Source: an uncultured Holophagaceae bacterium (GTDB lineage: Bacteria; Acidobacteriota; Holophagae; Holophagales; Holophagaceae). Taken from it: 64,000 bases of DNA. A program made the position numbers and the translations under genes. The stretch spans positions 6,402 through 70,401 of the forward strand of contig CAVPLE010000149.1 of NCBI GenBank assembly GCA_963705865.1, written 5' to 3'. Of the stretch, positions 27,451 to 38,954 are shown in pieces. Within the stretch, counting starts at the first letter, position 1. The number at the start of each line of letters is the position of its first letter. The notes beneath the pieces are model-generated. The model searched no databases and had not been told where the DNA came from. It worked only from the letters and a program-made list of their open reading frames with translations.

Positions 27451-29538
27451 TCATTTCCCAGTCAGCTCGGCCACGAGGCTGGAAGCGCCGTAGACCTTGT
27501 CCAGGGCATGCACGATGGCCCGGGCGTCCACGGAGACGCCTCGGTTGGCGGTGTCGTCGTAGAAGAAGTTGCCGGGCAGCATGTCGATGTCGCCGTCGAA
27601 GATGAGGCCCACCAGCTCGCCCTTGCGGTCCACCACGGGGGAACCTGAATTGCCGCCGATGATGTCGATCTTGTGGACGAAGTTGAAGGGCATGCTGGGA
27701 TCAAGGGCGCCGCGCTTGTCGAGCCAGCGCTGCGGAAGGGCCCAGGCGCCGCCGTGGGCCCCGGCCGCGTTGCCACCCCAACCGTCATAGCGGTCGAAGA
27801 GGCCGCCGAAGGTCGTGAAGGGTTGGATCAGGGTGCCGTTGGCGGGGTACTCCGCCACGGGGCCATAGGTGAGGCGCATGGTGAAGGTCGCATCCGGGTA
27901 GGTGCCCTTGCCGTAGACCGCGAAGCGGGCCTTGGCGATGCGGGCGCTGTGCTCAGTGATCACGCTTTGGACCTGCTCTTCCTGCTTTCTGCGGAGGGTG
28001 CGACCGATGGGGTCCAGTTTCTTCGCGAGGAGGATCATCGGATCCTGGCTTTCGGCGATGGCCTTCCTGCCGCCAGCCAGGAGGGCTTTGCGGACTTCCG
28101 GATCTCCGAGCTTCGACCCAGCCACCGCGGTTTTCGCGACTTCGGCCGCGGACTTGCCACCGAGCATCGCCTTCACGAAGGGGTGTTGCGGGCCCAGCTG
28201 CTTGGCAGCCTCGGCGAGGCCGCGGGTGAAGACGAAAACCTCCTGCTCCTTGTAGTAGGGGGCGGGGACGCCCAGCCGGGCTTGGGCGGCCTTCAGGTTG
28301 GTGTCGCTGTACTCAGGCAGCCGCTTCTCGCTGGGGAGGGATTCCTCATCCGCGATCCGCGCCAGCGACAAGGCGTACCCCAGCAGGGTGGAGTGCGCGG
28401 TGCCGACATAGGCGTTGTCCTTGGCCAGGCCCCGGGACACTTTCAGGGCCGCTTCGATCCGGCCCCAGCTGGGCCCGGCCTCGGCCTGAAGCCGGGGATC
28501 CTTCGCCACCTTGGCCCGGAAGGCCTTTTCGGTGGCCTCGATGCGGGCCATTGCCTCCTTGTTCTTCAGGCCGGAAAGGTAGCCGTTCAGGGCCTTGAGG
28601 CTGTTCTCGATCCTGAGGATCTGGGTGCCGACCTGCCGGGTCGCCTCGGGCGAGGTCTTGCCGTACTGCACCAGGGCCTCTTTCTGGCGCTCCAGCCCGC
28701 TCAGGCGCATGGGGATGGCGAGATCCCGGGAATAGACCATCTGGACGAAGGTGTCCTGCCGTCTGGTGCTGCCAGGATGCCCGATCACGAAGGTCAGGTC
28801 GCCGGCCTTCAGGCCCGCCTGGGTCCATGTCAAGTGCTCGGGAGGGGTGTAGGGCTTGCCGTTCTCGTAGACCCGGAACAGCGTGAAATCCAGGTTGTGG
28901 CGCGGATAGGTGAAGTTGTCATAGTCACCGCCGAACATGGCGATCTGGAGCTCAGGCGCGAAGACCAGCCGCACGTCCGTGTGCTTCTTGTAGGAGTAGA
29001 TCCAGTGCTCTCCACCCTGGTAGAGCGTCACGTACTCGCAGGTCAGGCCGCTCTTCCCCTGCATCTCGTTCTTGATCTTCTCGATCTCCACCCGGCGGGC
29101 CTTCAGGATCTCCTTCTCGGGGGCCCCGGCCTTCACGACTTTGGCCAGGCGATCCGTGATGTTGTCCATGGCCATGAGCGTCATGAGCTCAAGGCCCGGC
29201 ACCTTGATCTCCTGCTCCCGGGTGGTGGCGGCAAAGCCGTTCTTCACGTAGTCGGCCTCCTTGCTGCTCACGCGCTGGATCCAGCCCCGGCCCACGTGCT
29301 CGTTGGTGAGCACCAGGCCGTCCCGGCTCACGAAGGAACCGGAGCCGCCAGGGAAACGGAGGACCAACAGGCGGACGTGATCGAGCCAGGCCTGGTCGGG
29401 AGCCCAGCCATAAGCCGCCTGGATCTTCTTCGTCGGCAAGTTGTCGAAAGTCCACATGCCCTCCTCGGCCCGCACGGAAGCGGTGGCCAGGGCCAGGGCA
29501 AGCAGAGGTAGGATCAGGCGTGGAATTCCGAACGACAT
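27451..29538 (-). CDS. S46-family dipeptidyl peptidase (paralogue 3)
   Basis: EEGMW, TNEHV, PRHNLDF, GGNSGSPV. Confidence 0.93.
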   Translation of the reverse strand: MSFGIPRLILPLLALALATASVRAEEGMWTFDNLPTKKIQAAYGWAPDQAWLDHVRLLVLRFPGGSGSFVSRDGLVLTNEHVGRGWIQRVSSKEADYVKNGFAATTREQEIKVPGLELMTLMAMDNITDRLAKVVKAGAPEKEILKARRVEIEKIKNEMQGKSGLTCEYVTLYQGGEHWIYSYKKHTDVRLVFAPELQIAMFGGDYDNFTYPRHNLDFTLFRVYENGKPYTPPEHLTWTQAGLKAGDLTFVIGHPGSTRRQDTFVQMVYSRDLAIPMRLSGLERQKEALVQYGKTSPEATRQVGTQILRIENSLKALNGYLSGLKNKEAMARIEATEKAFRAKVAKDPRLQAEAGPSWGRIEAALKVSRGLAKDNAYVGTAHSTLLGYALSLARIADEESLPSEKRLPEYSDTNLKAAQARLGVPAPYYKEQEVFVFTRGLAEAAKQLGPQHPFVKAMLGGKSAAEVAKTAVAGSKLGDPEVRKALLAGGRKAIAESQDPMILLAKKLDPIGRTLRRKQEEQVQSVITEHSARIAKARFAVYGKGTYPDATFTMRLTYGPVAEYPANGTLIQPFTTFGGLFDRYDGWGGNAAGAHGGAWALPQRWLDKRGALDPSMPFNFVHKIDIIGGNSGSPVVDRKGELVGLIFDGDIDMLPGNFFYDDTANRGVSVDARAIVHALDKVYGASSLVAELTGK

Positions 29539-29710
29539 GGGCTCTCCGAAACAGGGGCGGACAACCATCGTATCACTACGTATCCAGGCCGCACCCGGCT
29601 TCCCTGCCTTGAATCGAGAAGGTCTCGCCCAATTCAATGGACTCAGGGCCCTTCCCTGACCCAGTGACGCGAATCACTTCACAACCCAGAGGTCTTGAAT
29701 TCTCTATTTT

Positions 29711-29725
29711 TGAGACTCAGTATCA
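29711..29725. promoter_or_regulatory. Possible Fur-family 7-1-7 box
   Basis: TGAGACT-C-AGTATCA, 5 nt upstream of ATG 29731; resembles TGATAAT-N-ATTATCA. Confidence 0.35.
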
Positions 29726-29730
29726 TAATC

Positions 29731-30567
29731 ATGATGACACTCACCCCCTCCTCCCTCTGCCGCCTCCTTCCCGTGCTTCTCCTCGCCGCCTCCCTGACGG
29801 CCCAGGAGAAGAAGGAAGGTCCCATCCAGGACAACTCCTTCCTCGTGGAGGAGGCCTACAACCAGGAAGCCGGCGTGGTGCAGCACATCAGCACCTTCAC
29901 CCGCTACCAGGAGAGCAAGGACTGGATCTACACCTTCACCCAGGAATGGCCCGTGGGCGGCCTGACCCATCAGCTCAGCTACACTCTGCCCTGGCAGCGG
30001 CTGGGCGCCTCCCTGGACGGGAAGCAGGCCTTCGGGGACGTGGCCCTGAACTACCGCTACCAGCTGCTGGGCGACGGCGAGGCGCAGGTGGCCATCGCCC
30101 CCCGGCTGTCCGTGCTGCTGCCGACCGGCGATGAGAAGCAGGGCTATGGCCGCGGCGCGGTCGGCATGCAGGTCATGCTCCCCGTCAGCTGGGTCCTGTC
30201 GGATGCTCTGGTGGCCCACTCCAATCTGGGCGCCACCCGGACCCCCCACGCCAGGAACACCCTGGGGGAAAAAGCCACCACGCAGGACTTCACGCTCGGC
30301 CAGAGCTTCATCTGGCTGGCGAATCCGCGCTTCAACGTGATGCTGGAATACGTCTACACCAACGGGGAGGCGGTCACCGGGTCCGGCCAGACCCAGCGCC
30401 AGAGCACGTCCTTCATCTCCCCCGGGATCCGCTGGGCGTACAACTTCCCCAGCGGCCTCCAGATCGTCCCCGGCCTCGCCATGCCCATCGGCGTGGGCGC
30501 CAGCCGCGGCGAGAAGGCCATCTTCCTCTACCTGAGCTTCGAGCACCCGTTCACGAAAACCAGGTAG
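29731..30567 (+). CDS. Outer-membrane beta-barrel protein ('transporter'/MetA-pathway-like)
   Basis: Signal peptide; IQDNSFLVEEAYNQE; alternating beta-strands; aromatic residue near the C-terminus. Confidence 0.7.
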   Translation: MMTLTPSSLCRLLPVLLLAASLTAQEKKEGPIQDNSFLVEEAYNQEAGVVQHISTFTRYQESKDWIYTFTQEWPVGGLTHQLSYTLPWQRLGASLDGKQAFGDVALNYRYQLLGDGEAQVAIAPRLSVLLPTGDEKQGYGRGAVGMQVMLPVSWVLSDALVAHSNLGATRTPHARNTLGEKATTQDFTLGQSFIWLANPRFNVMLEYVYTNGEAVTGSGQTQRQSTSFISPGIRWAYNFPSGLQIVPGLAMPIGVGASRGEKAIFLYLSFEHPFTKTR

Positions 30568-30573
30568 CCGCCC

Positions 30574-32985
30574 TCAGAACTTCAGCTTGAGGTGGGCCGC
30601 CAAGGTCCGGGGCGGGATGACGTGGGTGCCGCCGAAGGTGCTGAGGAAGTTGTAGAGACCCTTCTCGTCCGTGGCGTTCAGCAGATCCAGGCCCGCGGAC
30701 AGGCGCCGTCCGCTCTTCAGCTTCCATTCCTGTCCAGCGTTGAGATCCAGGACCGTGCGGGGCTTGATGCGGTAGTTCAGGCCCACCAGGCTGTCGTGCT
30801 CGGCCCGGACGTAGGGGATGCCGAAGGCGTAGTCCGCGTTTCCGGCGACGGTGGTGGGATCCCCCGCCTCCAGGCCCGAATCGTGGCGGAGCGAGGCCTG
30901 GGTGAAGAAGCCGCCCCCCTCGTAGCGCACCCCGAGCTGGGCCGTGAGCTTCTGGTCGTGATCGATGAGATACGACGTCCCGTCCGGCCCGTTCACCGTG
31001 GGGTTGGCGGAATCCAGGCCCCCGAGGGTCGGGCTGTAGAAGAGGGTCCGGACCGTGCCCGCGCTCAGGTAGGCGGACCAGCCCTTGAGCACGACCGTAT
31101 CCACCCGGAGGTCCATCCCATGGAACCGCCCCCTCCAGGCCGAGATGGGGAAGAGGATCCCGGTGTTCAGGAACTGGCTGTTGTCCGCGGCGTTGCGGCT
31201 GTCCTTCCACCAATAGTCCAGGCTGACCCGCACGACTTGACCCAACTGCTGCTCCAGGCCCAGGAGGTAGCTGTCCTGGGTTTCTCCCCGCAGCTGAGGC
31301 ACGGGTGAGGCCGACTGGGTGACCAGGCTCCAGGCCGTCTGAGAGGTCGAGAAGGCCAGGTTCTCGTTCTCCGGGGTGATGAGCAGCCGGTCGTAGACGG
31401 CCCGCAGCAGGGTGCCGGTGCCAGGCAGCGTGTAGGTGACGCCCAACCGGGGCTGCAGCTCGTTCTGAGTGAAGTTCCGTCCCTTGTAGCTGTCGTACCG
31501 GAGGCCCGCGGCGAGCGTCCAACGACCGGCCTTGAGATCGTCCTGAAGATAGACCGAAGCCAGGGAGGGCGCGAAACCGTCCGCGAAACGCAGGATATTC
31601 CCCCCGCCAGCGGCGGTGTAGGGATACAGCGGATCGGCAGGGCCGGACACCTGCGACGGATCGGTGATGGCCAGGTCGAACCGCTCATGCAGGGGATAGC
31701 GGACGTACTGGAGGCCGACCTTCAAGGTGTTGTCCCCGTTCCGCTGGGTGTAACCGGCCAGAGCGCCCTGGTTGTCCAGCCGCCGGTCGGAGCGGAGCCA
31801 GACCGGAGTGTCCGGACCACCGTCGCTGAAGCCCGGCTGGAGATCCCGGGTGGGGTCCAGGCGGGAGGTCGAGCCCCGGTAGAAGAGCGCCGCGTCCAGG
31901 CTGCGATCCGCTCCCAGCAGGTGGGTCCACCCCAGGTTCAGGTTGGCGTCCGTGTTGTGGACCCGCTGATCCTGCCCTGCCGCTTGTTGGGAGGCCAGAT
32001 TCACCACGTCCCGGTCCGTGCGGCCCCCGTTGACCGAGAAACGGAGGACATCGCTGGCGCCCAGGAGCCAGTCGAAGCGGCTGAAGAAGCGGTCCGTCGT
32101 CCCGTGGTTGTGGAGGTTCTCGAAGTTCACGGGGTCCAGGAACCGGTCGCTCTCCGAGGTGGCGGCGGTCACAAAGTAGCCGAAGGCCGCCGTGCCGCCC
32201 CGGGCTCCGAACGCCAGCTCCCGGGTGCTGAACCGCGAGACTCCCATGGACACGTCACCCTGGAAGGCCTGCGTCGAGCCCAGGCCGGATTTGCTGGTGA
32301 GGTTCACCACCGCGGCCGGCTTGCCGCCGTACTCGGCGCTCACGCCGCCGGTGATCACCTCCATGCTCTCGACCTGGGAGGGATCCAGGGAGTTCGAGAA
32401 GGTGGATTGCACCTGATCCGTGATGGGCACGCCATCCACCACGTAGGTCACCTGCCCGTGGCTGCCCCGGAAGTGGAACCGTCCGTTCTCGTCCTGGATG
32501 AAGCCCGGGGTGGTGAGGAGGATGCTCTCCATGGCCCGGCTTTGCACGGAAGTGGGGATCTTCTCGATGGTGGAGTGGTCGATGTCGATGTGCGCCGAAG
32601 GGTGGGCCTCCACCAGGGACACGGTGTCCTCCACGGCTACCGTGGCCGAGGCCTGGGCGGCCTTCAGGCTCAGATCCAGCTGGGTGGGCAGGTTCGAGCG
32701 CACTGAGAGGTTCTGATGCAGCTCCTGCATCCCCGGCGCCGCCACCTCCAGGTGGTAGTCGCTGAAGGGGATGTTGTAGGCCGTATAGACCCCCGCGCCA
32801 TCCGTGACCACGCCGACGTGGAACCCGGAGACCCGGTTTTCCAGGCGGATCTGGGCCTTGGCCACAGGCCGACCCTGGTCATCCGTCACCCGCCCCGTGA
32901 GGGTTCCGCTCCCTGCGGCCGCGGCGAAGGCGGGCCCGGCCACAAGGAAAGCTAAGATGGTGGGGCCGAGGAAGCGGTGCGCCAC
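30574..32985 (-). CDS. TonB-dependent receptor with a carboxypeptidase-regulatory-like N-domain
   Basis: GTLTGRVTD, plug YVVDGVPITD...EVITGGVSAEYG, C-terminal PPRTLAAHLKLKF. Confidence 0.9.
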   Translation of the reverse strand: MAHRFLGPTILAFLVAGPAFAAAAGSGTLTGRVTDDQGRPVAKAQIRLENRVSGFHVGVVTDGAGVYTAYNIPFSDYHLEVAAPGMQELHQNLSVRSNLPTQLDLSLKAAQASATVAVEDTVSLVEAHPSAHIDIDHSTIEKIPTSVQSRAMESILLTTPGFIQDENGRFHFRGSHGQVTYVVDGVPITDQVQSTFSNSLDPSQVESMEVITGGVSAEYGGKPAAVVNLTSKSGLGSTQAFQGDVSMGVSRFSTRELAFGARGGTAAFGYFVTAATSESDRFLDPVNFENLHNHGTTDRFFSRFDWLLGASDVLRFSVNGGRTDRDVVNLASQQAAGQDQRVHNTDANLNLGWTHLLGADRSLDAALFYRGSTSRLDPTRDLQPGFSDGGPDTPVWLRSDRRLDNQGALAGYTQRNGDNTLKVGLQYVRYPLHERFDLAITDPSQVSGPADPLYPYTAAGGGNILRFADGFAPSLASVYLQDDLKAGRWTLAAGLRYDSYKGRNFTQNELQPRLGVTYTLPGTGTLLRAVYDRLLITPENENLAFSTSQTAWSLVTQSASPVPQLRGETQDSYLLGLEQQLGQVVRVSLDYWWKDSRNAADNSQFLNTGILFPISAWRGRFHGMDLRVDTVVLKGWSAYLSAGTVRTLFYSPTLGGLDSANPTVNGPDGTSYLIDHDQKLTAQLGVRYEGGGFFTQASLRHDSGLEAGDPTTVAGNADYAFGIPYVRAEHDSLVGLNYRIKPRTVLDLNAGQEWKLKSGRRLSAGLDLLNATDEKGLYNFLSTFGGTHVIPPRTLAAHLKLKF

Positions 32986-33130
32986 AGTAGATCCTCCAGA
33001 TGAAATTATTTTCTAATTAACGATCACGGTCAATAGAAATTGATTCCATTTACGATCTACAGGGTCACTAAACCCCTGGCCTGTCTGCGCGAAGATTAGA
33101 TGAATCCAGCCCGTTGGGGAGGCCTTTGAT

Positions 33131-34351
33131 ATGACGCGAAAGCAGATGTGGATCCTCGGTGGGGGGCTGGCGGTCGTACTGATCGGCGGCCTGAGCATCG
33201 CCGGCATGCGGGACAAGGGCATCGCCGTGCAGGTGGCCACCGTGGGCCGGGAGAACCTCCAGGCGAAGGTGAGCGCCAACGGCAAGATCCAGGCGGTCAC
33301 CAAAGCCGATATCTCGGCGAGCATCATGGGCCAGGTGACCCGCCTGGCCGTGAAGGAAGGCGACCGGGTCCACAAGGGCCAGTTCCTCATGGAGATCGAC
33401 CCCCGCAGCGCCCGGGCCAACACCGAGGCCATGCAGGCCAACCTGCACGCGGCCCAGTCGGACCTGATCTCCGTCACGGCCAACCTCGCCCAGGCCCGTT
33501 CCGACTTCGACCGGGCCAAGGCAAACCGCACTGCGGGGATCATCTCCGCCGCCGACTTCGAGCGGGCGAAGACGACCTTCGAGACCGCCCAGGCGGCCCA
33601 GGAGACAGCCCGCCGGCGAACGGACCAGGCAAAGGCCAACGTGAGCCAGTCCCATGTGGGCCTGGGGTTCTCCACCATCGCCGCGCCCATGGATGGCGTG
33701 GTCACAGCGCGCCGGATAGAACTGGGCGAGACCGCCGTGCCCGGCCTCCAGAACCAGGCCGGCACCGTGCTGCTCACCGTGTCCGACATGAGCAGGGTCG
33801 AGGCGGAGATGGAAGTGGATGAAGCCTCCATCCCCAGCGTGAAGCTGGGCCAGGAGGCCCAGGTCCGCATCGACGCCTATCCCAATCAGACGTTCCAGGG
33901 GCAGGTCACCGAAGTGGGCGGCAGCCCCATCCTCAAGCTCACCGTCAACGAGGCCACCAAGTTCAAGGTGAAGGTCTGGATCAAGGATCCGCCGCTCACC
34001 ATCAAGCCCGGTCTTTCGGCCCAGGCGGACATCCACACCGGCAGCCGCGATCAGGCCCTGGCCATTCCCTTCCAGGCCCTGGTGATGCGCGAGATCAAGC
34101 TCAAGCCCGGCGAGACCCGGAAGCCCGGCGCCCCCCGCGAAGAAGAAGGCGTGTTCCTGATGGAAGCCGGCAAGGCCAAGTTCGCAGCCGTGAAGACCGG
34201 CCTGATGGGCGACCTCTCCGTGGAGGTGCTCTCCGGCCTCAAAGGCGGCGAAACCCTCATCACCGGCCCCAACCGCGCCCTGCGTGATCTGAAGGGCGGC
34301 GAGGCCGTCCGGGTCGAGAAGGCGAAGAAGAAGGACGAGGCCAAGGCCTAA
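33131..34351 (+). CDS. Efflux periplasmic adaptor (MacA/HlyD-like)
   Basis: N-terminal TM; IAAPMDGVV, VDEASI, IKPGLSA. Confidence 0.9.
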   Translation: MTRKQMWILGGGLAVVLIGGLSIAGMRDKGIAVQVATVGRENLQAKVSANGKIQAVTKADISASIMGQVTRLAVKEGDRVHKGQFLMEIDPRSARANTEAMQANLHAAQSDLISVTANLAQARSDFDRAKANRTAGIISAADFERAKTTFETAQAAQETARRRTDQAKANVSQSHVGLGFSTIAAPMDGVVTARRIELGETAVPGLQNQAGTVLLTVSDMSRVEAEMEVDEASIPSVKLGQEAQVRIDAYPNQTFQGQVTEVGGSPILKLTVNEATKFKVKVWIKDPPLTIKPGLSAQADIHTGSRDQALAIPFQALVMREIKLKPGETRKPGAPREEEGVFLMEAGKAKFAAVKTGLMGDLSVEVLSGLKGGETLITGPNRALRDLKGGEAVRVEKAKKKDEAKA

Positions 34352-34450
34352 TCATGATCCAGGGGGACCGCCTGTTCGCTTCGCTCACGATGTCCCCCCG
34401 GACCCCCACCTCCTGGTCGGGCCAAGCCCGCCCATCGGTCTAACCGGACC
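34352..34450. repeat. Possible REP-like GC hairpin element (GCTTCGCTC type)
   Basis: GGGGGACCGCCTGTTCGCTTCGCTCACGATGTCCCCCC hairpin; single copy in this window. Confidence 0.4.
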
Positions 34451-34454
34451 CCCC

Positions 34455-35681
34455 ATGACTCCCCTCGAACTCTTCCGCGCCGCCCTGAGGGCCATCCGGG
34501 CCCACACCCTGCGCAGTTTCCTCACGCTGCTGGGCGTCATCATCGGCGTGGCCACCATCGTGGCCGTGGTGGGCGTGATCTCCGGCCTGAACACCTACGT
34601 GAAGGAGAAGATCATCGTCCTGGCCCCGGACGTCTACGTCGTCCAGAAGTTCGGGATCATCCGCAGCCGGAAGGAGTTCATCGACGCCCTCAAGCGCCCG
34701 CCGATCACCTGGCAGGAGTATGAGCGGCTCTCCAGCGGCATCCTCAAGGAAGCCTCCCAGGTCTCCGCGGCCGCGGGCAACGCGATGCCGGTGAACAACG
34801 GAACCCGCCATCTGGACAGCATCGCCGTGATCGGGATCACCCCCAACTTCGCGGACCTCTTCAATCTGGAATTCGAGGCGGGTCGGTTCTTCACGGAAAA
34901 CGAGAACAATGCGGCCACGAACGTCGCCGTCATCGGCGCCGATACCCGCGAAGAACTCTTCCCCCATCTGGATCCCGTGGGCCGGATGGTCCTGATCCGC
35001 GGCCTCCCCTTCCGGATCATCGGGCTCATGCCCAAGCAGGGACGGAGCATCGGCTTCAACCAGGACGGTCGCATCTACATCCCGCTCCAGGTCTACCGGA
35101 AGAACTTCATGGCCTCGAATGAGAGCTTGGAACTCCAGATCAAGGCCCGGAACGGGGTGGAAGGCCTGGATGCCTCCATGGACGAGGTCCGGGCCTTGTT
35201 CCGGGCCATGCGGCACACCAGCTTCCGCAGCCCCGACCCCTTCGGCCTGCTCACCCAGGAGAGCCTGCAGGAGCTCTGGAAGACGATCAGCAGCGCGGCC
35301 TTCATCCTCCTCATGCTCATCTCCAGCGTGAGCCTGGGCGTGGGCGGCATCGTGATCATGAACATCATGCTGGTGAGCGTGGTCGAACGGACCCAGGAGA
35401 TCGGCGTCCGCATGGCCCTCGGGGCCCGGAAGCGCGACATCCGGTATCAGTTTCTCCTCGAGGCCGCCCTGCTGTCCGCGGCTGGCGGCGTGGTGGGTGT
35501 GCTGGTGGGTTCCGCGGGGGCCTTCACCGTCCGGGCCCTGGCGGACTTCCCCGCCCAGATCACGCCCGGCATCATTCTCACCGGCATCCTCCTCAGCACC
35601 CTCGTGGGGCTTGCCGCGGGCTTCCTGCCGGCCTACCGGGCCTCCAACCTCGTCATCATCGACGCGATCCGGGCGGAGTGA
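34455..35681 (+). CDS. ABC transporter permease (MacB/FtsX-like)
   Basis: LRSFLTLLGVIIGVA, VMNIML-type segment SVVERTQEIGVRMALGA. Confidence 0.92.
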   Translation: MTPLELFRAALRAIRAHTLRSFLTLLGVIIGVATIVAVVGVISGLNTYVKEKIIVLAPDVYVVQKFGIIRSRKEFIDALKRPPITWQEYERLSSGILKEASQVSAAAGNAMPVNNGTRHLDSIAVIGITPNFADLFNLEFEAGRFFTENENNAATNVAVIGADTREELFPHLDPVGRMVLIRGLPFRIIGLMPKQGRSIGFNQDGRIYIPLQVYRKNFMASNESLELQIKARNGVEGLDASMDEVRALFRAMRHTSFRSPDPFGLLTQESLQELWKTISSAAFILLMLISSVSLGVGGIVIMNIMLVSVVERTQEIGVRMALGARKRDIRYQFLLEAALLSAAGGVVGVLVGSAGAFTVRALADFPAQITPGIILTGILLSTLVGLAAGFLPAYRASNLVIIDAIRAE

Positions 35682-35683
35682 TC

Positions 35684-36967
<1,284 letters not shown>

Positions 36968-36973
36968 CCGTCG

Positions 36974-37372
36974 TCAACCCGCCACGACGGTCTTCACGCT
37001 GAATGCCGGGGGATGCTCGATGTGCTTCTTCACCGTGCACTGGCTGGCGGTGCGCACGAGGGCGTCGTGGTACTTCTCGGGGAACGTCGGCGGCACCAGG
37101 ATCTCCAGTTCCACGCGCCCCACCATCCCCGTGGCGGGATCGGGGATGGTCCGCTGGACGAGCCGGATACCCTCAGTCGGAAGCTCACGCTGCCGGCAGA
37201 AATTCAGCACGTAGATGCCGGCGCAGGTGCCCAGGGAGGCCTGGAATAGCGCGAAGGGTGTGGGGGCCGAGCCTTCCCCGCCCGCCTGCGGGGGCTGATC
37301 GGTCTGCACCGTGAAGGGACCGAAGTGCGCGTCCACACGCGCACCGCCGGGGAAATCGATGACCATGTCCAT
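36974..37372 (-). CDS. OsmC-family protein
   Basis: TDQP...PTPFALFQASLGTCAG...CTVKKH. Confidence 0.88.
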   Translation of the reverse strand: MDMVIDFPGGARVDAHFGPFTVQTDQPPQAGGEGSAPTPFALFQASLGTCAGIYVLNFCRQRELPTEGIRLVQRTIPDPATGMVGRVELEILVPPTFPEKYHDALVRTASQCTVKKHIEHPPAFSVKTVVAG

Positions 37373-37507
37373 GGGATTCCTTCCTGAAGCAGACCCTCCA
37401 TCATCCCCGGCTGTACCTCCCGGGCGCCAGCCCGCAGGGCACTGGAAGCCCCGCCACGGCGTCCCGATCCGGGAGACACTAGTGCTTCATCCCTAAAGTA
37501 TCTTTAA

Positions 37508-37801
37508 TTAATATGGCTGCAAATAGACACCGACTAAGGTTGTGAGCAGTTCCGCCATCTCTTTTAACGGGCCAGTTCCCGGTAGGGGTTCCCAGCGCCC
37601 CGTGAGCGAGTGGAAGGCCGCTCCATAGGCACCCCCTCCCAGGTCCGTGATCCGTGCCATGGTATCGGCCTCGTCATTCTGGACGAGTTGGATGATGAGG
37701 TGTTTCCCATAGGGCTTCACCCGGATCTGGTCGTGGCCCAGGATTTGTCGCAGTTGATGTTCGAGTTCAGGGGCGCGGCTGGCCGGTTTTGGTTTTGGCA
37801 T
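37508..37801 (-). CDS. Hypothetical passenger protein inside IS630 (97 aa)
   Basis: Lies within the TIRs and overlaps the transposase 3' end; RVKPYGKHLII, ARIT, GRWEPLP. Confidence 0.6.
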   Translation of the reverse strand: MPKPKPASRAPELEHQLRQILGHDQIRVKPYGKHLIIQLVQNDEADTMARITDLGGGAYGAAFHSLTGRWEPLPGTGPLKEMAELLTTLVGVYLQPY

Positions 37802-38891
37802 GGGGCGATCCTTTGGGTTCTCCAGTCTGGAGGTTGTAGCCGCGGAAACTCCATTTGAAGGGTTTCGGATTCGTGTTGCGCTTCTCAAAGAATGCATCGG
37901 TGCGGGCTTTCAGGTGAGCCTTGCTTGTGTGACTGGCATTGCGCAGGGCGCGCCGCGTGTAAACGCCGAACAGGAGTTCGATCTGATTCACCCAGGAGGC
38001 GTGAATGGGGGTGAAGTGGAAGCGAAAACGCTTGCCGTGCCGCTCGTTGAACTCCGTCCAGACGCCGGACCGGTGCGTGTTGAGATTGTCCCAGATGACG
38101 TGGATATCCCGTCCTGGGTAGGCGGCTGCCACCTGCTCCATGAAGGCCAGAAGGTCGGCCTGGGTGCGGGTGTCACCGCAGGTTGAGACCGTGCTCCCGG
38201 TATGCACGTCGAGGGCCGCAATCAGAGTCTGTGTGCCATGCCGAATATATTCGAACTCCCGCCGGCGGAAGCGGCCTGGGAGGGGTGGGCAGTCCAAGTG
38301 TTTCCTCTCCACGGCCTGGATGCTTGTCTTCTCATCGATGGACAGGACGACCGAATCCTTCGGTGCTTTCCGGTACAGATCGCAGATGACGTTCACCTTC
38401 TCGCGAAAGGCGGGATCGGGGCTATGCAGCCACTGCTGAACCCGGTGCGGGCGTAGATCCCCGGCCACCAGAATCCGGTGCAAGTGGCTCCGACTGATCT
38501 GCGAGACGACACCGCGCTCCACCGAACGCTCGACCAATTCATCCAGCGTTGGTGTGGACCTGCCACCCGCTTCGGCCGGCTCACAGGCGAGAGAAATGAC
38601 CTGAAGCCGCTCCGCAGGCGTGATGCGTCGCGGACGGCCCGAACGGTTTTGCTCGACAAGTCCGGCTAGCCCGGACCGGGCCACACGACCCCGCCAGAGG
38701 CTGACGGTCTGGACCGTCGTGTGCAACCTCTCGGCAATGGCTTCCGTGGAATCACCACGATTGGCCATCAAGGCGATCCAGGCACGGAAGACGTCCCGCT
38801 GCTCCTCTGTGCCTCGGCGCACCCGCGCCTCCAGCGACCTTCGATCCGCCGTCGAAAGCTTCACCTGTTGTGCTGGTCGTCCGCGTCCCAT
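37767..38891 (-). CDS. IS630-family DDE transposase, apparently intact
   Basis: HTH; SIDEK, EYIRHGT, WDNLNTH, SWVNQIE. Confidence 0.93.
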   Translation of the reverse strand: MGRGRPAQQVKLSTADRRSLEARVRRGTEEQRDVFRAWIALMANRGDSTEAIAERLHTTVQTVSLWRGRVARSGLAGLVEQNRSGRPRRITPAERLQVISLACEPAEAGGRSTPTLDELVERSVERGVVSQISRSHLHRILVAGDLRPHRVQQWLHSPDPAFREKVNVICDLYRKAPKDSVVLSIDEKTSIQAVERKHLDCPPLPGRFRRREFEYIRHGTQTLIAALDVHTGSTVSTCGDTRTQADLLAFMEQVAAAYPGRDIHVIWDNLNTHRSGVWTEFNERHGKRFRFHFTPIHASWVNQIELLFGVYTRRALRNASHTSKAHLKARTDAFFEKRNTNPKPFKWSFRGYNLQTGEPKGSPHAKTKTGQPRP

Positions 38892-38954
38892 GAGACAAGG
38901 ATCAGGTCCAGTTGTTTATTATTCAAGTTATTTTAGGGATGTTGTACTAGCGCC

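Larger units (their letters stand above)
37482..38947 (-). mobile_element. IS630-family element inserted at CTAG with TA duplication
   Basis: TIRs GTGCTTCATCCCTAAAGTATCTT and the reverse complement of the right end GTACAACATCCCTAAAATAACTT; TA at 37480-37481 and 38948-38949. Confidence 0.92.

Noticed and set aside
33001-33055. Fur box upstream of the TonB receptor
   Set aside because: AT-rich, but the palindrome match is too weak to call.
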